Assembly: GCF_018336915.1 (NCBI RefSeq)
Contig: NZ_CP064923.1
Span: 1,560,001 to 1,592,000 of the forward strand
Source: Acaryochloris marina S15
GTDB taxonomy: Bacteria; Cyanobacteriota; Cyanobacteriia; Thermosynechococcales; Thermosynechococcaceae
Direction of reading: 5' to 3'
DNA: 32,000 bases
Part shown: positions 9,010 to 19,558 of the stretch, one piece after another
Layout of the letters: each line of letters opens with the position of its first letter
How positions within the stretch are numbered: the first letter of the stretch is position 1
Made by a program: the position numbers and the translations under genes
The notes under the pieces: model-generated
What the model was told of the DNA's origin: nothing
Database searches by the model: none
What the model saw: the letters and a program-made list of their open reading frames with translations, nothing else

Positions 9010-10077
9010 GTTGGCTTGAGTTTGCTGCCGTTGACGAACCAAGTTGGCGGCCAGCTGAATCGCGGCAATCATGCTAGTGGGATCGGCAATTCCCTTGCCT
9101 GCAATATCGAAAGCCGTGCCGTGGTCAGGTGAAGTGCGGACGAAGGGTAAGCCAATCGTGGTGTTGACAGCTCGATCAAACGCCATAAGCTTGACGGGAA
9201 TCAAGCCTTGGTCATGATAGAGGGCTAAGTAAGCGTCATAGGTGGTGGGTTGCACCGTTTTCTCTCGGGGGCCGTACCAAGCTTGCCCTGGCCCCACCCA
9301 CAGGGTATCGGGAGGAATGGGATCCGATAAGGTCAGATCAGGATGTTGCGATCGCATCTCCCGTATCCAAGGAATTAGCCAATCAATCTCTTCTCGACCC
9401 AACTGTCCCTGCTCACCGCTATGGGGATTCAAACCTGCGATCGCAACCCTCGGCTGTTCAATACCAAACTCTCGCTGCAGCGTCTTCTTCAGCAGCTGCA
9501 CCTTCATCGTTAGTAGTGCTGGCGACAGCTGACCAGGGACCGCTGACAAAGGGATATGGGTCGTTGCCAGCAACGTACGGAGCTGCCATCCTGTATAGGG
9601 AGATAAGGCAAAAAAGAACATGCCATATTCTGAGATCTGAGATCGCTCCGCCAAATACTCTGTTTGTCCCGGATAGTGATGGCCTGCAGCCTTCCAAGCC
9701 GACTTAGCAATGGGACCTGTGACAATGCCATCAAATCGCCCTTCCAGGGCGCCCGTAATCGCAGTAGACAAACACCGAAAACTGGCTGCCCCCGTTTCTG
9801 CAGAAGCCTGTCCCCATGGGATAGGAGATAACTTCAATCCCACTTCCAAGAAATCGAGATCATTAGGATTCGCTAGGGTCTCAACAGCATTTAATCCTGC
9901 CTGCTGTTGAAGATGCTTATAGGCCGCTTCAAATAAAGACCGCTCCCCAATGACGCGAATATGAGCTGCGCCTTTGAGAAGCGGTGAATTTAAAGCTTTA
10001 AGAATAACCTCAGGGCCTATTCCTGCAGGATCACCCACAGGAATGGCAAGCTGGGGTAGAGGATGAGATTCAATCAT
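9004..10077 (-). CDS. pdxA: 4-hydroxythreonine-4-phosphate dehydrogenase
   Basis: 357-aa ORF with the motifs GDPAGIGPEV, GLNPHSGE, LYHDQGLIP and RTSPDHGTAFDIAGKGIA. Its stop codon overlaps the hppD stop in the palindrome CTATAG. Confidence 0.9.
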   Translation of the reverse strand: MIESHPLPQLAIPVGDPAGIGPEVILKALNSPLLKGAAHIRVIGERSLFEAAYKHLQQQAGLNAVETLANPNDLDFLEVGLKLSPIPWGQASAETGAASFRCLSTAITGALEGRFDGIVTGPIAKSAWKAAGHHYPGQTEYLAERSQISEYGMFFFALSPYTGWQLRTLLATTHIPLSAVPGQLSPALLTMKVQLLKKTLQREFGIEQPRVAIAGLNPHSGEQGQLGREEIDWLIPWIREMRSQHPDLTLSDPIPPDTLWVGPGQAWYGPREKTVQPTTYDAYLALYHDQGLIPVKLMAFDRAVNTTIGLPFVRTSPDHGTAFDIAGKGIADPTSMIAAIQLAANLVRQRQQTQANL

Positions 10078-10123
10078 TGTGATCCATCATCATCCATCCG
10101 AACGGAGGAAGAACAGTCCTTCC

Positions 10124-11104
10124 TTATGCGGGAGAAGTGACTTCTTCCGGTTCCGAGGTTGCTTCATCAGCAGAATCATCATCGGTCTCAACTTGCCCAC
10201 CTTCCTGTTGAGCCAACATTTGCTGTCGATACCGTTCTGCCATTTCCTCGGCTTTGTCATAAACCAGCTGAGGATTCTTGACCATATCACCCGGCTCAGG
10301 CTCTAGCTGCTTAGTAGACAGGGAAATACGACCTCGCTCAGCATCCAAATCAATGATCATCACCTTCAGATCATCATTAACATTGAAAACGCTGTGAGGC
10401 GTATCGATGTGATCGTGAGAGATTTCGGAAATGTGGAGCAAGCCACTGACACCACCAATATCAATAAAGGCACCGTAGGGCTTGATACCGCGGACCGTGC
10501 CAATTACAACTTCGCCGACTTCCAAACGGTTCATCTTGCGCTCAACCAAAGCTCTCCGATGGCTGAGAACAAGGCGGTTACGTTCTTCATCCACCTCTAG
10601 GAACTTAAGAGGTAATTCTTCGCCAATTAAATCTTCTTTGGTCGCTCGAGTACTGATGTGGGAACCCGGAATAAATCCACGCAGTCCTTCAATTCTAACT
10701 AGGGCACCACCTCGATTGGTTGCAAATACAGAAGAACGGACCGTTGCATCTTCCGTTTGCAGTTGACGCACCCGTTCCCAAGCGCGCATATACTCAATAC
10801 GGCGAATGGATAGGGTAAGCTGACCGTCTTCATTCTCATCTGCCAGAATGAAAAACTCACGGGTTTCGTTGGATTGCAACACCTCATCAGGGTTCTCAAT
10901 CCGATTAATGGACATTTCCTGAATAGGAATGTAGGCTGCAGTCTTTGCACCAATGTCAATCAAAGCCCCTCTGGGTTCCAGACTGAAGACTGTACCTGCC
11001 ACGACGTCACCCGGATTGAAGTGATAATCATATTTGTCAAGTAACGCGGCGAAATCTTCGTGAGTAAAGCCGATGTCTGGCAGCGTGGTTTCCCGATTGA
11101 CCAT
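10124..11104 (-). CDS. rpsA: 30S ribosomal protein S1 (short cyanobacterial form)
   Basis: 326-aa ORF with three S1 (OB-fold) repeats (GDVVAGTV..., V.S.VFATNRGGALVRIEGLRGFIPGSH, VGEVVIGTVRGIKPYGAFIDIGGVSGLLHISEIS) and an acidic C-terminal tail. Confidence 0.92.
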   Translation of the reverse strand: MVNRETTLPDIGFTHEDFAALLDKYDYHFNPGDVVAGTVFSLEPRGALIDIGAKTAAYIPIQEMSINRIENPDEVLQSNETREFFILADENEDGQLTLSIRRIEYMRAWERVRQLQTEDATVRSSVFATNRGGALVRIEGLRGFIPGSHISTRATKEDLIGEELPLKFLEVDEERNRLVLSHRRALVERKMNRLEVGEVVIGTVRGIKPYGAFIDIGGVSGLLHISEISHDHIDTPHSVFNVNDDLKVMIIDLDAERGRISLSTKQLEPEPGDMVKNPQLVYDKAEEMAERYRQQMLAQQEGGQVETDDDSADEATSEPEEVTSPA

Positions 11105-11337
11105 TCTCTAATGTTCCTAGGTTTTTTCTTACTAATGGTGGATAATGACGTCTCCTTTGTCCGTAAGGACGCAAATAATAGGAGCGCTGGGCGATGCTAA
11201 GAGTCATCTTCAGCATCTATCTAGATTTGGCACTAGATCTACCATCGTAGCGCAATATCTGAAACCTTAACTATATATTTTGTTCGTTTGTAGTCTGGCA
11301 ATGGAGATGCTAAAAGCCCAGGTAGATGCCTGAATGA

Positions 11338-11877
11338 TTACTGAGGGGAAACCATAATGGTGGTGGGTTCTGGTTGTGCAGTATCTTCATATACCTCGTT
11401 CAGCACTCTCGGCAAAGGACTGTCTCCAGAGTCCTTGAGCTGATCCAGGGCATCCACAAAATCCCGAATTCCTCGAAACTGTCGATAGACAGATGCAAAC
11501 CGAACATAAGCCACTTCGCTGAGGGTTTGTAGCTTAGTCAATACGGATTCACCGAGATCAGTACTCGTAACTTCTTTAATCGCTTGCTGTTGGAGTTCTG
11601 CTTCCACATCGTCTACCAATGACTCTAGCTGAACCGCAGTCAGCCCCGTCTTTTCACAAGCGGTAACCACTCCTTTGAGCAACTTTGAGCGGTCAAATAG
11701 TTCTCTATCCTGATTGCGTTTGATGACGGTGATGGGAACAAACTCAATCCGCTCATAAGTCGTAAATCGACGATTGCATTGCAAGCATTCTCGCCGCCGC
11801 CGAACACTCTGTCCCGCCTCTGCTGAGCGCGATTCTAAAACTCGGCTATCGGTATGCTGGCAAAAGGGGCATTGCAT
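11338..11877 (-). CDS. nrdR: Transcriptional repressor NrdR
   Basis: 179-aa ORF. The N-terminal Zn ribbon is MQCPFC...[15 protein letters not shown]. An ATP-cone region follows (KR.G....FDRSKL..G...A). Confidence 0.93.
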   Translation of the reverse strand: MQCPFCQHTDSRVLESRSAEAGQSVRRRRECLQCNRRFTTYERIEFVPITVIKRNQDRELFDRSKLLKGVVTACEKTGLTAVQLESLVDDVEAELQQQAIKEVTSTDLGESVLTKLQTLSEVAYVRFASVYRQFRGIRDFVDALDQLKDSGDSPLPRVLNEVYEDTAQPEPTTIMVSPQ

Positions 11878-11978
11878 ACTGGCTTGTTCAAAGTGGATAA
11901 CAACGCAGTTCTAATTCCAATCAAAACAACATCTGCAAGGTTGAAGTCTCGAACCTTTAACACTCAAAGCGCTGCTTT

Positions 11979-12386
11979 CTAAATCACTGTTATCAGATAC
12001 TGTGCCCATTCTACTGCCATTGTTATGTCAGTAAACGGAATAAAAAAAGGATTTTCATGGTCTTGGCGTTGCAATACCAATTGAACCGTTTTGCCTTTAT
12101 CAGGGGGATGATCCAAATCGACGGATTGGTCATCCACTTGAACCACAACATTTACAATTGTGTGAATCGAACAACGTTGAAGGTTTATCGGTCCTTTTAA
12201 AGTGGGTTGCCCCCAAGTTAGGGTTTCTTCTTTCTGCCCCAAAACGGCATAGATATCATATTTGGCACGTTCAAAGGACTGGGCCCAAACACGATAGGCC
12301 TCAACTTTGCGATATTCGATCCACCCAAAGCTGGCTAACCCTATAAATACAGAAAGCAATGCCAACCATACGAGCCCTTCTGTCAT
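11979..12386 (-). CDS. Hypothetical protein with N-terminal membrane anchor
   Basis: 135-aa ORF with ATG start. It has a single N-terminal hydrophobic helix (LVWLALLSVFIGLASFGWI) and lies on the same strand as nrdR, directly upstream of it. No family recognised. Confidence 0.6.
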   Translation of the reverse strand: MTEGLVWLALLSVFIGLASFGWIEYRKVEAYRVWAQSFERAKYDIYAVLGQKEETLTWGQPTLKGPINLQRCSIHTIVNVVVQVDDQSVDLDHPPDKGKTVQLVLQRQDHENPFFIPFTDITMAVEWAQYLITVI

Positions 12387-12501
12387 AACTTATGTTGTAT
12401 TGGCATTCATGACTGCTGTAGGTAGAGAAGGAAAGGCGCTAGATAACAAGGTTGTTGGAATGACGGAGATACATAACACCTTTCCTCGGTCGGAGGACTA
12501 T

Positions 12502-12651
12502 CTAATCAATCCAGACTGATTGGTAGTAAGGGTCACCCAAAAATGGCACTGCTCCAGTTGCAGGGTAGTGATCATCATTAGGCGCAAAAATGTGTCCGAC
12601 TGCTTCTGATAAATACTGGATCCCTTGTTCGAAAAAAATCATAATTTTCAT
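12502..12651 (-). CDS. Small hypothetical protein (49 aa)
   Basis: I trimmed the 69-aa track ORF to the internal ATG (MKIMIFFEQG...). That ATG is preceded by GGGAG with a 7-nt spacer. A 7-bp hairpin (ATGGGAA/TTCCCAT, 12677-12696) lies just upstream in the putative leader. No family recognised. Confidence 0.4.
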   Translation of the reverse strand: MKIMIFFEQGIQYLSEAVGHIFAPNDDHYPATGAVPFLGDPYYQSVWID

Positions 12652-12886
12652 ACGTAAACTCCCATATACAAAATGAATGGGAAAGAGCATTCCCATCCTT
12701 ATTTGGATCAACGGTTGCTATCTCGTACTTCGATCATAACGTGAATGATTAGAAAAATTAATAAGTCTGATAACTCTGAATATGTATTTTTTATGCAAAG
12801 ATTAAACAAATACTGAGATGAGTAACGCTTTACTCAAGTTTTATGGGTTGTGTGTTTCTTGTGTAACGAGGATTTGAAGAAAGTTC

Positions 12887-12916
12887 TTGACGTTCGAATG
12901 CTTTTCAAGGCATGAT
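12887..12916 (+). promoter_or_regulatory. Candidate sigma70-type promoter for tRNA-Ala
   Basis: TTGACG (12887-12892), an 18-nt spacer and CATGAT (12911-12916) lie about 14 nt upstream of the mature tRNA 5' end. This rests on sequence match only. Confidence 0.3.
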
Positions 12917-12929
12917 GATAGTCGCATTC

Positions 12930-13002
12930 GGGGCTATAGCTCAGTTGGTAGAGCACCTGCATGGCATGCAGGGGGTCAGCGGTTCGAATCCGCTTAGCTC
13001 CA
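12930..13002 (+). tRNA. tRNA-Ala (anticodon GGC)
   Basis: 73-nt cloverleaf. Acceptor GGGGCTA/TAGCTCC includes the G3:U70 alanine identity pair. D-arm GCTC-AGTTGGTA-GAGC, anticodon stem CCTGC/GCAGG with loop ATGGCAT, T-arm AGCGG-TTCGAAT-CCGCT. Confidence 0.92.
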
Positions 13003-13039
13003 TTTTCTATATCATTTTATGTGGTTCCGTTAAGCTGGA

Positions 13040-16000
13040 CTAGCCGGTGTTTCTCATGCCTGCTGCAATCCCATTAATCGTCAGCAGAGCACCCCGCAGA
13101 AGGTCTTTCTCGCTAACGTTTCCAGCTCCTAGGGCAACACGATCTTGCCGCTGATGTTGTCTCAATCGCTTGAGCAAGGACACTTGCAGGAATCCTAATG
13201 GAACAATCGTACCGTTCCGCAGATGGACCGAACGCTTAAGGTTAGGATCTCCATCTAGGAGCTGCTGGTTCCCCGTAATCTTAGAGACCATTTCCCGCGT
13301 CAAGTAATATTCTTGGGCGATTTGCTCAAACAAACGCTCAAACCGATCCACATCTTCAGAAGAAGTTAATTCCTGAAGATAGTGATGAGCAATTTGCAGA
13401 TCCACTTTAGCTAAGGTCATTTCTACTTTAGAAATCACCATCTTAAAAAAGGGCCACTTGCCGTAGAAATATTGCAGTAGAGTGAGATGCTCTGCAGACT
13501 CCTCATCCAGAAAGTCCTGAAGTGCGGTACCCACGCCGTACCATGCCGGCAACAGAAACCGACTTTGAGTCCAGCTAAACACCCAAGGAATGGCGCGTAA
13601 CCCTTCTAAAGTTCGCCGATTATCGGCCCGTCGTCGAGCGGGTCGAGCAGCATGTTGTAGTTGACTAATTTCATTAATGGGGGTGACTTCGTAGAAAAAG
13701 TCCACTAAGTCTTCTTGTTCATGAATCAGTGCCCGGTATCGCTTCCGCGATCGCGCCGATAAATCCTCCATGATTTCATGCCAAGGCTCAATGCTGTCCA
13801 TGGTGGAGCGCAACAAGCTGGCTTGGATAACAGCCGCAGAAATCGTTTCTAGGTTATATAAAGCGAGCTCTGGCAAAGAATACTTCGAAGCCACTACTTC
13901 GCCCTGCTCTGTAATTTTGATCCGGCCATTCACGCTATACCCTGGCTGGGCCAAAATAGCTTCATAGGCAGGTCCACCGCCTCGGCCGACAGAACCGCCC
14001 CGACCGTGGAAAATTCGCAAAGAAATGCCGTAGGGCTCAGCAGTTTCCTGTAAGCGTTGCTGGGCTTTATAAATCTCCCAATTACTACTGAGGAAGCCAG
14101 AATCTTTATTGCTATCAGAGTATCCCAGCATGATCTCTTGTAACGAGAGAGGAGGTTCTGAAGATGGCTCCTGAGATGCCTGAGCATCCACTAAATAATT
14201 CCGATAAAAGGTTAAATCAAACAGTTGGGTCATGACCCCTGGCGCCCGCTTTAAGTCATCTACTGTTTCAAAAAGAGGGATAACGTGTAATGTTCCAGTC
14301 GCCGTTGTGGGATCAAATAGACCGGATTCCTTCGCTAACAGCAGCACTTCCAGCAAATCACTGGCATCATGGCTCATGCTAATGATGTAGGTACGGCAAA
14401 TTTCTACCCCAAATTCTTCCTGCAGCCGCCGAATCATCCGGAAGGTATTAATCAGCTCTTGGGTTTTCTCAGAAAAAGGCAGGTCATGGGGGATCAGGGG
14501 CCTACGGGTCTGCAGCTCTTGGGTCAGCCACTCCAATCGTTCGGGCTCTGATAACTCGTTATAGGGCTTGGGCAGAATCTGCAGATAATTAACGATTTCA
14601 GTGAGGGCATCTGAATGACAAGAGCTTTCTTGCCGGATATCTAACTGAGTCAGATTGAAGCCAAAGATCTGCACTTGGCCGATCAGGGTATCTAACTCTT
14701 GGCAACTGATCCCTGTCGCCTGCAAATTCTCTTGGACCACTCGAAGTTCGGCCAAAAAATCCTGAGCAGCAGGATAGTAAATTTGTTCGTTCATCCCTTG
14801 GGGATGAATCGGATGGGAAAAATCAATCAGTTGAGCCTGCTGTTGGTTGCGATCTCGAGTATTTTCTAGACGCTTCAGGATATAAGACAACTTGAATCGA
14901 AAGGGTTCTCCCAGGAACCGGATCGAGAGCCGGTCATACACGTCAGGCATTTGTAGCTGATCTTGGCCCAAAGATTTCTCTAAACCAGATGGAACTTCAG
15001 ACCAATATTGGGATAGGGTCAACAAATTGATCAGCTTATTAATGGATTGAATATATTTCTCAAGCACTAAATTTCGCTGATAACAGGAGGTTTGCCAAGT
15101 GATAGCTGTCGTCACTGCTGGGTTGCCATCGCGATCCGAGCCCACCCAAGATCCAAACTTACAAAAGTTGTAGCGAGGGGGTTGTAGATTGGGAAATGCT
15201 TGTTTCAAATGCTGGGATAAGCGTTGATACAGCTGGGGAATCGCATCAAAAAGGACTTCGCGAAAATAATGCAGGCTGTACTCGACTTCATCTAAAACTG
15301 TCGGCCTAAATTGATGAAGTTCATCGGTTCGCCACCAAAATCTGACTTCCTCCGTGAGTTGGGCCTGTAACGCATCCACTTCCCAATTCGAACGGGTACT
15401 ATTGGCCAGTCCAGCCTCCGCCTCATCTAATTTGCCTAAGATCTTGGCAATCCGACGTTGTTTAGCCCGAATCGTCTGCCGCACAATTTCTGTCGGATGA
15501 GCAGTAAATACAAGCTGAATATCCAGGTTCTGAATAATATTTTGAATATGGCGAGGCGGAACATTTAACTGTTTCAGCTTGGGAAATAACCAGGTAAAGG
15601 TCCCTGCATTCGGCTCCCGTAGAATTGCATCAAAGATGCTGTGCTCAGGTAGATCGGTCTGACCATTTTGGCCAGAATGATTTTCTGCTCCCTCCTCAGA
15701 GCCATCGGCATTAGGAAGTGCTACCGGAGAGGATTGAATCGCCCCTCGGGTACGCATAATACTTTCCTCTTGCTCATAATGTTGTTCCACAATATTGATG
15801 AGCTGAAAGTAGAGGGCAAATGCTCTTGCAGCCCGAATGGCTTCATCTAGCTCCAGCTTTTCTACCACCTTCAGGACTTCCGTTTCCGGAACCCTTGGGG
15901 CTTGTCCTTCCGGGGAACACATCGATCGCAACTGCCGAAGTAAATCGACTAACTCCTGCCCGCATTCATCTCTGAGGACAGCTTCCAGTAGGTCTTCAAT

Positions 16001-16084
16001 GACTTTAATTCGATGTAGAAGCAATGACTCTAACTGGTTGTGCTGTGCTAATTGGGGATGGATACGGTTGAGAGTGGAACGCAT
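13040..16084 (-). CDS. ppc: Phosphoenolpyruvate carboxylase
   Basis: 1014-aa ORF with the signature motifs [20 protein letters not shown] and [14 protein letters not shown], and the canonical C-terminus [10 protein letters not shown]. Confidence 0.96.
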   Translation of the reverse strand: MRSTLNRIHPQLAQHNQLESLLLHRIKVIEDLLEAVLRDECGQELVDLLRQLRSMCSPEGQAPRVPETEVLKVVEKLELDEAIRAARAFALYFQLINIVEQHYEQEESIMRTRGAIQSSPVALPNADGSEEGAENHSGQNGQTDLPEHSIFDAILREPNAGTFTWLFPKLKQLNVPPRHIQNIIQNLDIQLVFTAHPTEIVRQTIRAKQRRIAKILGKLDEAEAGLANSTRSNWEVDALQAQLTEEVRFWWRTDELHQFRPTVLDEVEYSLHYFREVLFDAIPQLYQRLSQHLKQAFPNLQPPRYNFCKFGSWVGSDRDGNPAVTTAITWQTSCYQRNLVLEKYIQSINKLINLLTLSQYWSEVPSGLEKSLGQDQLQMPDVYDRLSIRFLGEPFRFKLSYILKRLENTRDRNQQQAQLIDFSHPIHPQGMNEQIYYPAAQDFLAELRVVQENLQATGISCQELDTLIGQVQIFGFNLTQLDIRQESSCHSDALTEIVNYLQILPKPYNELSEPERLEWLTQELQTRRPLIPHDLPFSEKTQELINTFRMIRRLQEEFGVEICRTYIISMSHDASDLLEVLLLAKESGLFDPTTATGTLHVIPLFETVDDLKRAPGVMTQLFDLTFYRNYLVDAQASQEPSSEPPLSLQEIMLGYSDSNKDSGFLSSNWEIYKAQQRLQETAEPYGISLRIFHGRGGSVGRGGGPAYEAILAQPGYSVNGRIKITEQGEVVASKYSLPELALYNLETISAAVIQASLLRSTMDSIEPWHEIMEDLSARSRKRYRALIHEQEDLVDFFYEVTPINEISQLQHAARPARRRADNRRTLEGLRAIPWVFSWTQSRFLLPAWYGVGTALQDFLDEESAEHLTLLQYFYGKWPFFKMVISKVEMTLAKVDLQIAHHYLQELTSSEDVDRFERLFEQIAQEYYLTREMVSKITGNQQLLDGDPNLKRSVHLRNGTIVPLGFLQVSLLKRLRQHQRQDRVALGAGNVSEKDLLRGALLTINGIAAGMRNTG

Positions 16085-16486
16085 AGAGTATTAACTCAAA
16101 TAAGTAAGATCGATGGAATAGAAAAACTCGAAGACGATTATCAAGCTTTTGGGAACTTCGCCTTTAAAGCATCAACCTCTGTTGAGAACTGGGTAAAGTG
16201 GCATCAAAAACAACTCCATCACAATTCTAGGGGGTAAACCTCGCTTTACTATCTTTCTCTAAAAGCTAATTCCCTTGGTAGGGTTAGGTTCCCTCAATAA
16301 ACCGTTCTTACTTTGGATGAATCATGCTGTGTAGACTGGGCCTAAGCAGTATTCATAAGCCAAAAGATAGACTACATAACTTAAGGACGGATATATTCGT
16401 CCACATATGGATTTTCCTAGCTCTCTAAACAACATTCTGAGGATAAAGACCCGGAAAATTACATCCAAAGGAGAGAAAAACGTACT

Positions 16487-16696
16487 TTATTCGGGCAAAT
16501 CTAAAAAAGGCAAGGCGACCCCTTGCAATAGGCTTTCGCTCCAAGTTCCAAGGGTCGTCAAACACCTGAACAGCTGTTGCTGCCCCAACAAGGCAACAAG
16601 AATCGGCAATATTGCCAGACTGACTAGAAGCTCCAATTGCTCTGGCTTGAGAAGAATGGGAGGGACCTTAGAGATCGGGTTAGACGATGAGAACAT
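16487..16696 (-). CDS. Possible small membrane protein (69 aa)
   Basis: The ORF starts 21 nt downstream of the phosphohexomutase stop on the same strand. It has a hydrophobic core LELLVSLAILPILVALLG. It competes with the overlapping plus-strand ORF 16407-16721, and there is no clear SD. Confidence 0.3.
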   Translation of the reverse strand: MFSSSNPISKVPPILLKPEQLELLVSLAILPILVALLGQQQLFRCLTTLGTWSESLLQGVALPFLDLPE

Positions 16697-16717
16697 GATG
16701 AGACCTTTGATAGTGTT

Positions 16718-18166
16718 TTAACGCAGTGCCCAGTCTTTTGCCCAAGCTAGAATTTTGGAAACTCGGTCCGGGTGATGGGACTCACAATAGAGGCGCAGAA
16801 CAGGCTCTGTCCCACTAAAGCGAATAAGTAACCAGCTCTGATCCGCCAAGTTAAACTTAAAACCATCGATGGATAGAACATCCACGACTTTTTGGTCCAA
16901 TACTTGACTGAAGGGTGCTGCTTGCAATTGATCAATTAGCTTTTGTTTATCAGCTTCAGAAGATAGGGGTAGATCAATACGATCATAAAAACTGGTGAAC
17001 CCTGTTTGCGTTTGTAGCTGCTGATACAAATGGGATAGATCTTGACCGGTTTGAGCTGCAGCTTCGAGTAAATATAGGGCAGAGAGCAAGCCATCTCGTT
17101 CAGGAATATGGTTGCCATAGCCTATACCTCCAGATTCTTCGCCACCAATCAATACTGACTCTGCGGCCAGCATATAGTCGGCAATATATTTATAGCCAAT
17201 GGGGGTTTCATGGAGGGGTAATTGGTACAGATCAGCCACTTGAGGGATCAGTTCTGAACCGCTAATCGTTTTGATGACTTCTCCCTGGAACTTTCGGCGA
17301 GCTGCAAGGTGTTCAATCAAAATCGGAATCAAGATTTGAGAACTTAGAAAGTTACCCTGGCCATCCATTGCTGCAATTCGATCCCCGTCCCCATCAAATA
17401 TAAATCCTACAATCGCTTCTTCATCAGGGGCCTGTTGACGGTGAGTTTGGATGGACTGAATGAGAGTTCCCAAATACTTGGGAAGGGGTTCAGGGGCCCC
17501 TCCTTCGAATAACGGATCGCGATCGCAGTTGAGTTCTGTGATCTCAGCCGATAGCAGCCGTTGTAGGCCAGTGGCTGTTGCCCCATGCATCGTATCCACA
17601 AAGACCTTAAGTCGCTTCTGGTGAATTGCTTGATTGATGGCATCCATATCAACCTTAGATTGCAAAACCTGACAATACTCTGGCCAGGGATCGAAGGTAT
17701 CTAGGGTCCCGGCAGTCGAAGTAGTGACGGGGGCTTCGACCAGTCGATCTTGAATAGCTTGAGTGACGACAGGAGGCACTGAGCCGCCAAAGGCTCCTTT
17801 GACTTTGAGGCCAGAATAGATCCCTGGGTTATGGCTGGCTGTAATCACCAAAGCCCCAAGGGCGTGGCGATGATAGGCCGCCCAACTAAATGCAGGGGTG
17901 GGCGCAAAGGTGTTCGATAACAGCACATCAAATCCGGCTTGCTGAACAGCTTCAGCAGTGGCCTGGGCAAATTCTTCTGAGAGAAATCTGCGATCATATC
18001 CCACGATCACTAAATGCTTTTTGTCAGCGCTGCCATAGGTTTCTTCTAGGATTTGGGCCGCAATAGGGGCGACATAGACCAACCGCTCGAAGGTAAAGTC
18101 TTGGGCAATAATGCCTCGCCAACCGTCGGTTCCAAATTTGATTGAGGATGCAAAATCGTTAGGCAT
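16718..18166 (-). CDS. Phosphoglucomutase/phosphomannomutase family (alpha-D-phosphohexomutase)
   Basis: 482-aa ORF with the active-site Ser loop TASHNPGIYSGLK, the Mg-binding loop FDGDGDR and the sugar-binding loop GGEESGG. Confidence 0.9.
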   Translation of the reverse strand: MPNDFASSIKFGTDGWRGIIAQDFTFERLVYVAPIAAQILEETYGSADKKHLVIVGYDRRFLSEEFAQATAEAVQQAGFDVLLSNTFAPTPAFSWAAYHRHALGALVITASHNPGIYSGLKVKGAFGGSVPPVVTQAIQDRLVEAPVTTSTAGTLDTFDPWPEYCQVLQSKVDMDAINQAIHQKRLKVFVDTMHGATATGLQRLLSAEITELNCDRDPLFEGGAPEPLPKYLGTLIQSIQTHRQQAPDEEAIVGFIFDGDGDRIAAMDGQGNFLSSQILIPILIEHLAARRKFQGEVIKTISGSELIPQVADLYQLPLHETPIGYKYIADYMLAAESVLIGGEESGGIGYGNHIPERDGLLSALYLLEAAAQTGQDLSHLYQQLQTQTGFTSFYDRIDLPLSSEADKQKLIDQLQAAPFSQVLDQKVVDVLSIDGFKFNLADQSWLLIRFSGTEPVLRLYCESHHPDRVSKILAWAKDWALR

Positions 18167-18286
18167 AGGGAATCCGCTAGGATACTGTCTCTACATCCTA
18201 CACACCAAAAGTTAACCCGTAATTACTAACAAAACTTAATCTTTAGTTTATGATTTGGAGTGATACGCAGTTTAGGGAGGTTTATT

Positions 18287-19453
18287 TTGACTCAACATGA
18301 AGATGCCATTGCGCCACACGGTGGTTCACTCATCAACCGGGTTGCTTCTGCAAGCCAAAAACAAGATTTGCTTGCCAAGGGTGATAGCTTACCCCGCGTA
18401 CAGTTAGATAAGCGAGCCACCTCAGATTTGGAAATGATTGCCATTGGTGGCTTCAGCCCACTTTCAGGCTTTATGGGGCAGGCAGACTATGAACAGGTTG
18501 TTCATCACATGCACCTTGAAAATGGTCTGCCTTGGTCCATTCCAGTGACTTTATCTGTCGATGAAGGCGTAGCGGCTGCCCTTGATGTGGGAGGCTTAGT
18601 TCGTCTAGATGACCCAGCGGGCGCTTTTGTGGGTGTACTTGAATTGACTGAGAAATATACCTACGACAAGACTCAGGAAGCCGTTCAAGTCTATAAAACA
18701 GATGAGATGAAACATCCTGGTGTCAAGGTCGTGTTTGATCAGGGTGCAGTTAATCTTGCGGGTCCAGTTTGGTTGCTAGAGCGCCAGTCCCACCCCCAAT
18801 TCCCTTCCTATCAAATTGACCCCATCGCTGCTCGTCAACTCTTCCGTGAACGAGGTTGGAACACAATTGTTGGCTTTCAAACCCGGAATCCGATTCACCG
18901 TGCCCACGAATACATTCAAAAGTGTGCGTTAGAAACTGTAGATGGATTATTCTTGCATCCATTGGTGGGTGCAACGAAAAGTGATGATATTCCAGCAGAT
19001 GTGCGGATGCGTTGCTACGAAATCATGATGGAGCATTATTTCCCGGAGGATCGGGTTATTCTAGCCATTAATCCTGCGGCCATGCGCTATGCAGGTCCTC
19101 GCGAAGCAATTTTTCATGCTTTAGTTCGCAAAAATTATGGCTGCACCCATTTTATTGTGGGTCGCGACCATGCGGGTGTGGGTGACTACTATGGTACCTA
19201 CGATGCCCAGTATATTTTCGATAGCTTAGATGCTCAAGCGTTGGGGATTACACCCATGAAGTTTGAGCATGCCTTCTACTGCAAGAAGACCTTATCCATG
19301 GCTACGACTAAGACGAGTCCCAGTGGGCCTGAAGATCGGGTTCACCTTTCTGGGACAAAGGTCAGAGAAATGCTGCGACGAGGGGAGCTACCCCCACCTG
19401 AGTTTTCTCGCCCTGAAGTGGCTTCTGAATTAGCAGCGGCAATGAAAGCTTAA
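18287..19453 (+). CDS. sat: Sulfate adenylyltransferase (ATP sulfurylase)
   Basis: Motifs [11 protein letters not shown] and GRDHAGVG are present. I chose the start at TTG 18287 because AGGGAGG lies 6 nt upstream. The track ORF begins at GTG 18260, which contains that SD. Confidence 0.9.
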   Translation: MTQHEDAIAPHGGSLINRVASASQKQDLLAKGDSLPRVQLDKRATSDLEMIAIGGFSPLSGFMGQADYEQVVHHMHLENGLPWSIPVTLSVDEGVAAALDVGGLVRLDDPAGAFVGVLELTEKYTYDKTQEAVQVYKTDEMKHPGVKVVFDQGAVNLAGPVWLLERQSHPQFPSYQIDPIAARQLFRERGWNTIVGFQTRNPIHRAHEYIQKCALETVDGLFLHPLVGATKSDDIPADVRMRCYEIMMEHYFPEDRVILAINPAAMRYAGPREAIFHALVRKNYGCTHFIVGRDHAGVGDYYGTYDAQYIFDSLDAQALGITPMKFEHAFYCKKTLSMATTKTSPSGPEDRVHLSGTKVREMLRRGELPPPEFSRPEVASELAAAMKA

Positions 19454-19489
19454 GCCTAGCTTTCGCAATCGGCGATATAGTGAAAATAG

Positions 19490-19523
19490 GAACCCATTAC
19501 TAGATGATGGGTTCTACCTTTTT
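19490..19523 (+). terminator. Rho-independent terminator candidate downstream of sat
   Basis: The stem is GAACCCAT (19490-19497) / ATGGGTTC (19507-19514) with a 9-nt loop. A TTTTT run follows at 19519-19523. Confidence 0.55.
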
Positions 19524-19558
19524 GCCCTTCAATAGGCCCTCTCCATAGACATCACATC

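Noticed and set aside
9242-9910. Cluster of five ORFs overlapping pdxA: three antisense on the plus strand (9242-9532, 9516-9707, 9710-9910) and two on the minus strand in other frames (9458-9697, 9510-9734)
   Set aside because: All are shadow ORFs of a confidently identified pdxA, and none has a motif.
11140-11180. GGACG-containing hairpin (GTCCTT/AAGGAC) reminiscent of glutamine-riboswitch elements
   Set aside because: It lacks the conserved GGACGGAAG-type core. It also lies on the strand opposite to the downstream S1 gene leader. I could not support a riboswitch call.
13770-16094. Five small ORFs overlapping ppc: four on the plus strand (13770-13967, 14369-14551, 15668-15850, 15837-16094) and one on the minus strand in another frame (13930-14187)
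   Set aside because: They lie inside or antisense to a 1014-aa CDS with all PEPC signature motifs, so they are shadow ORFs.
16407-16721. 104-aa plus-strand ORF (Lys/Arg-rich)
   Set aside because: It overlaps the more plausible minus-strand small membrane ORF and runs into the stop of the phosphohexomutase gene. Its composition looks like the antisense translation of a hydrophobic frame. I kept it only as an alternative, and confidence in either ORF is low.
18260-18286. N-terminal extensions of track ORFs for sat (18260), the response regulator (27785), xth (30865), the lipoprotein (23475) and gltS (25253)
   Set aside because: In each case a downstream start fits better. It either has a Shine-Dalgarno-like sequence at proper spacing or matches the conserved N-terminus of the family. 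The extensions contain the SD itself or overlap the upstream gene.
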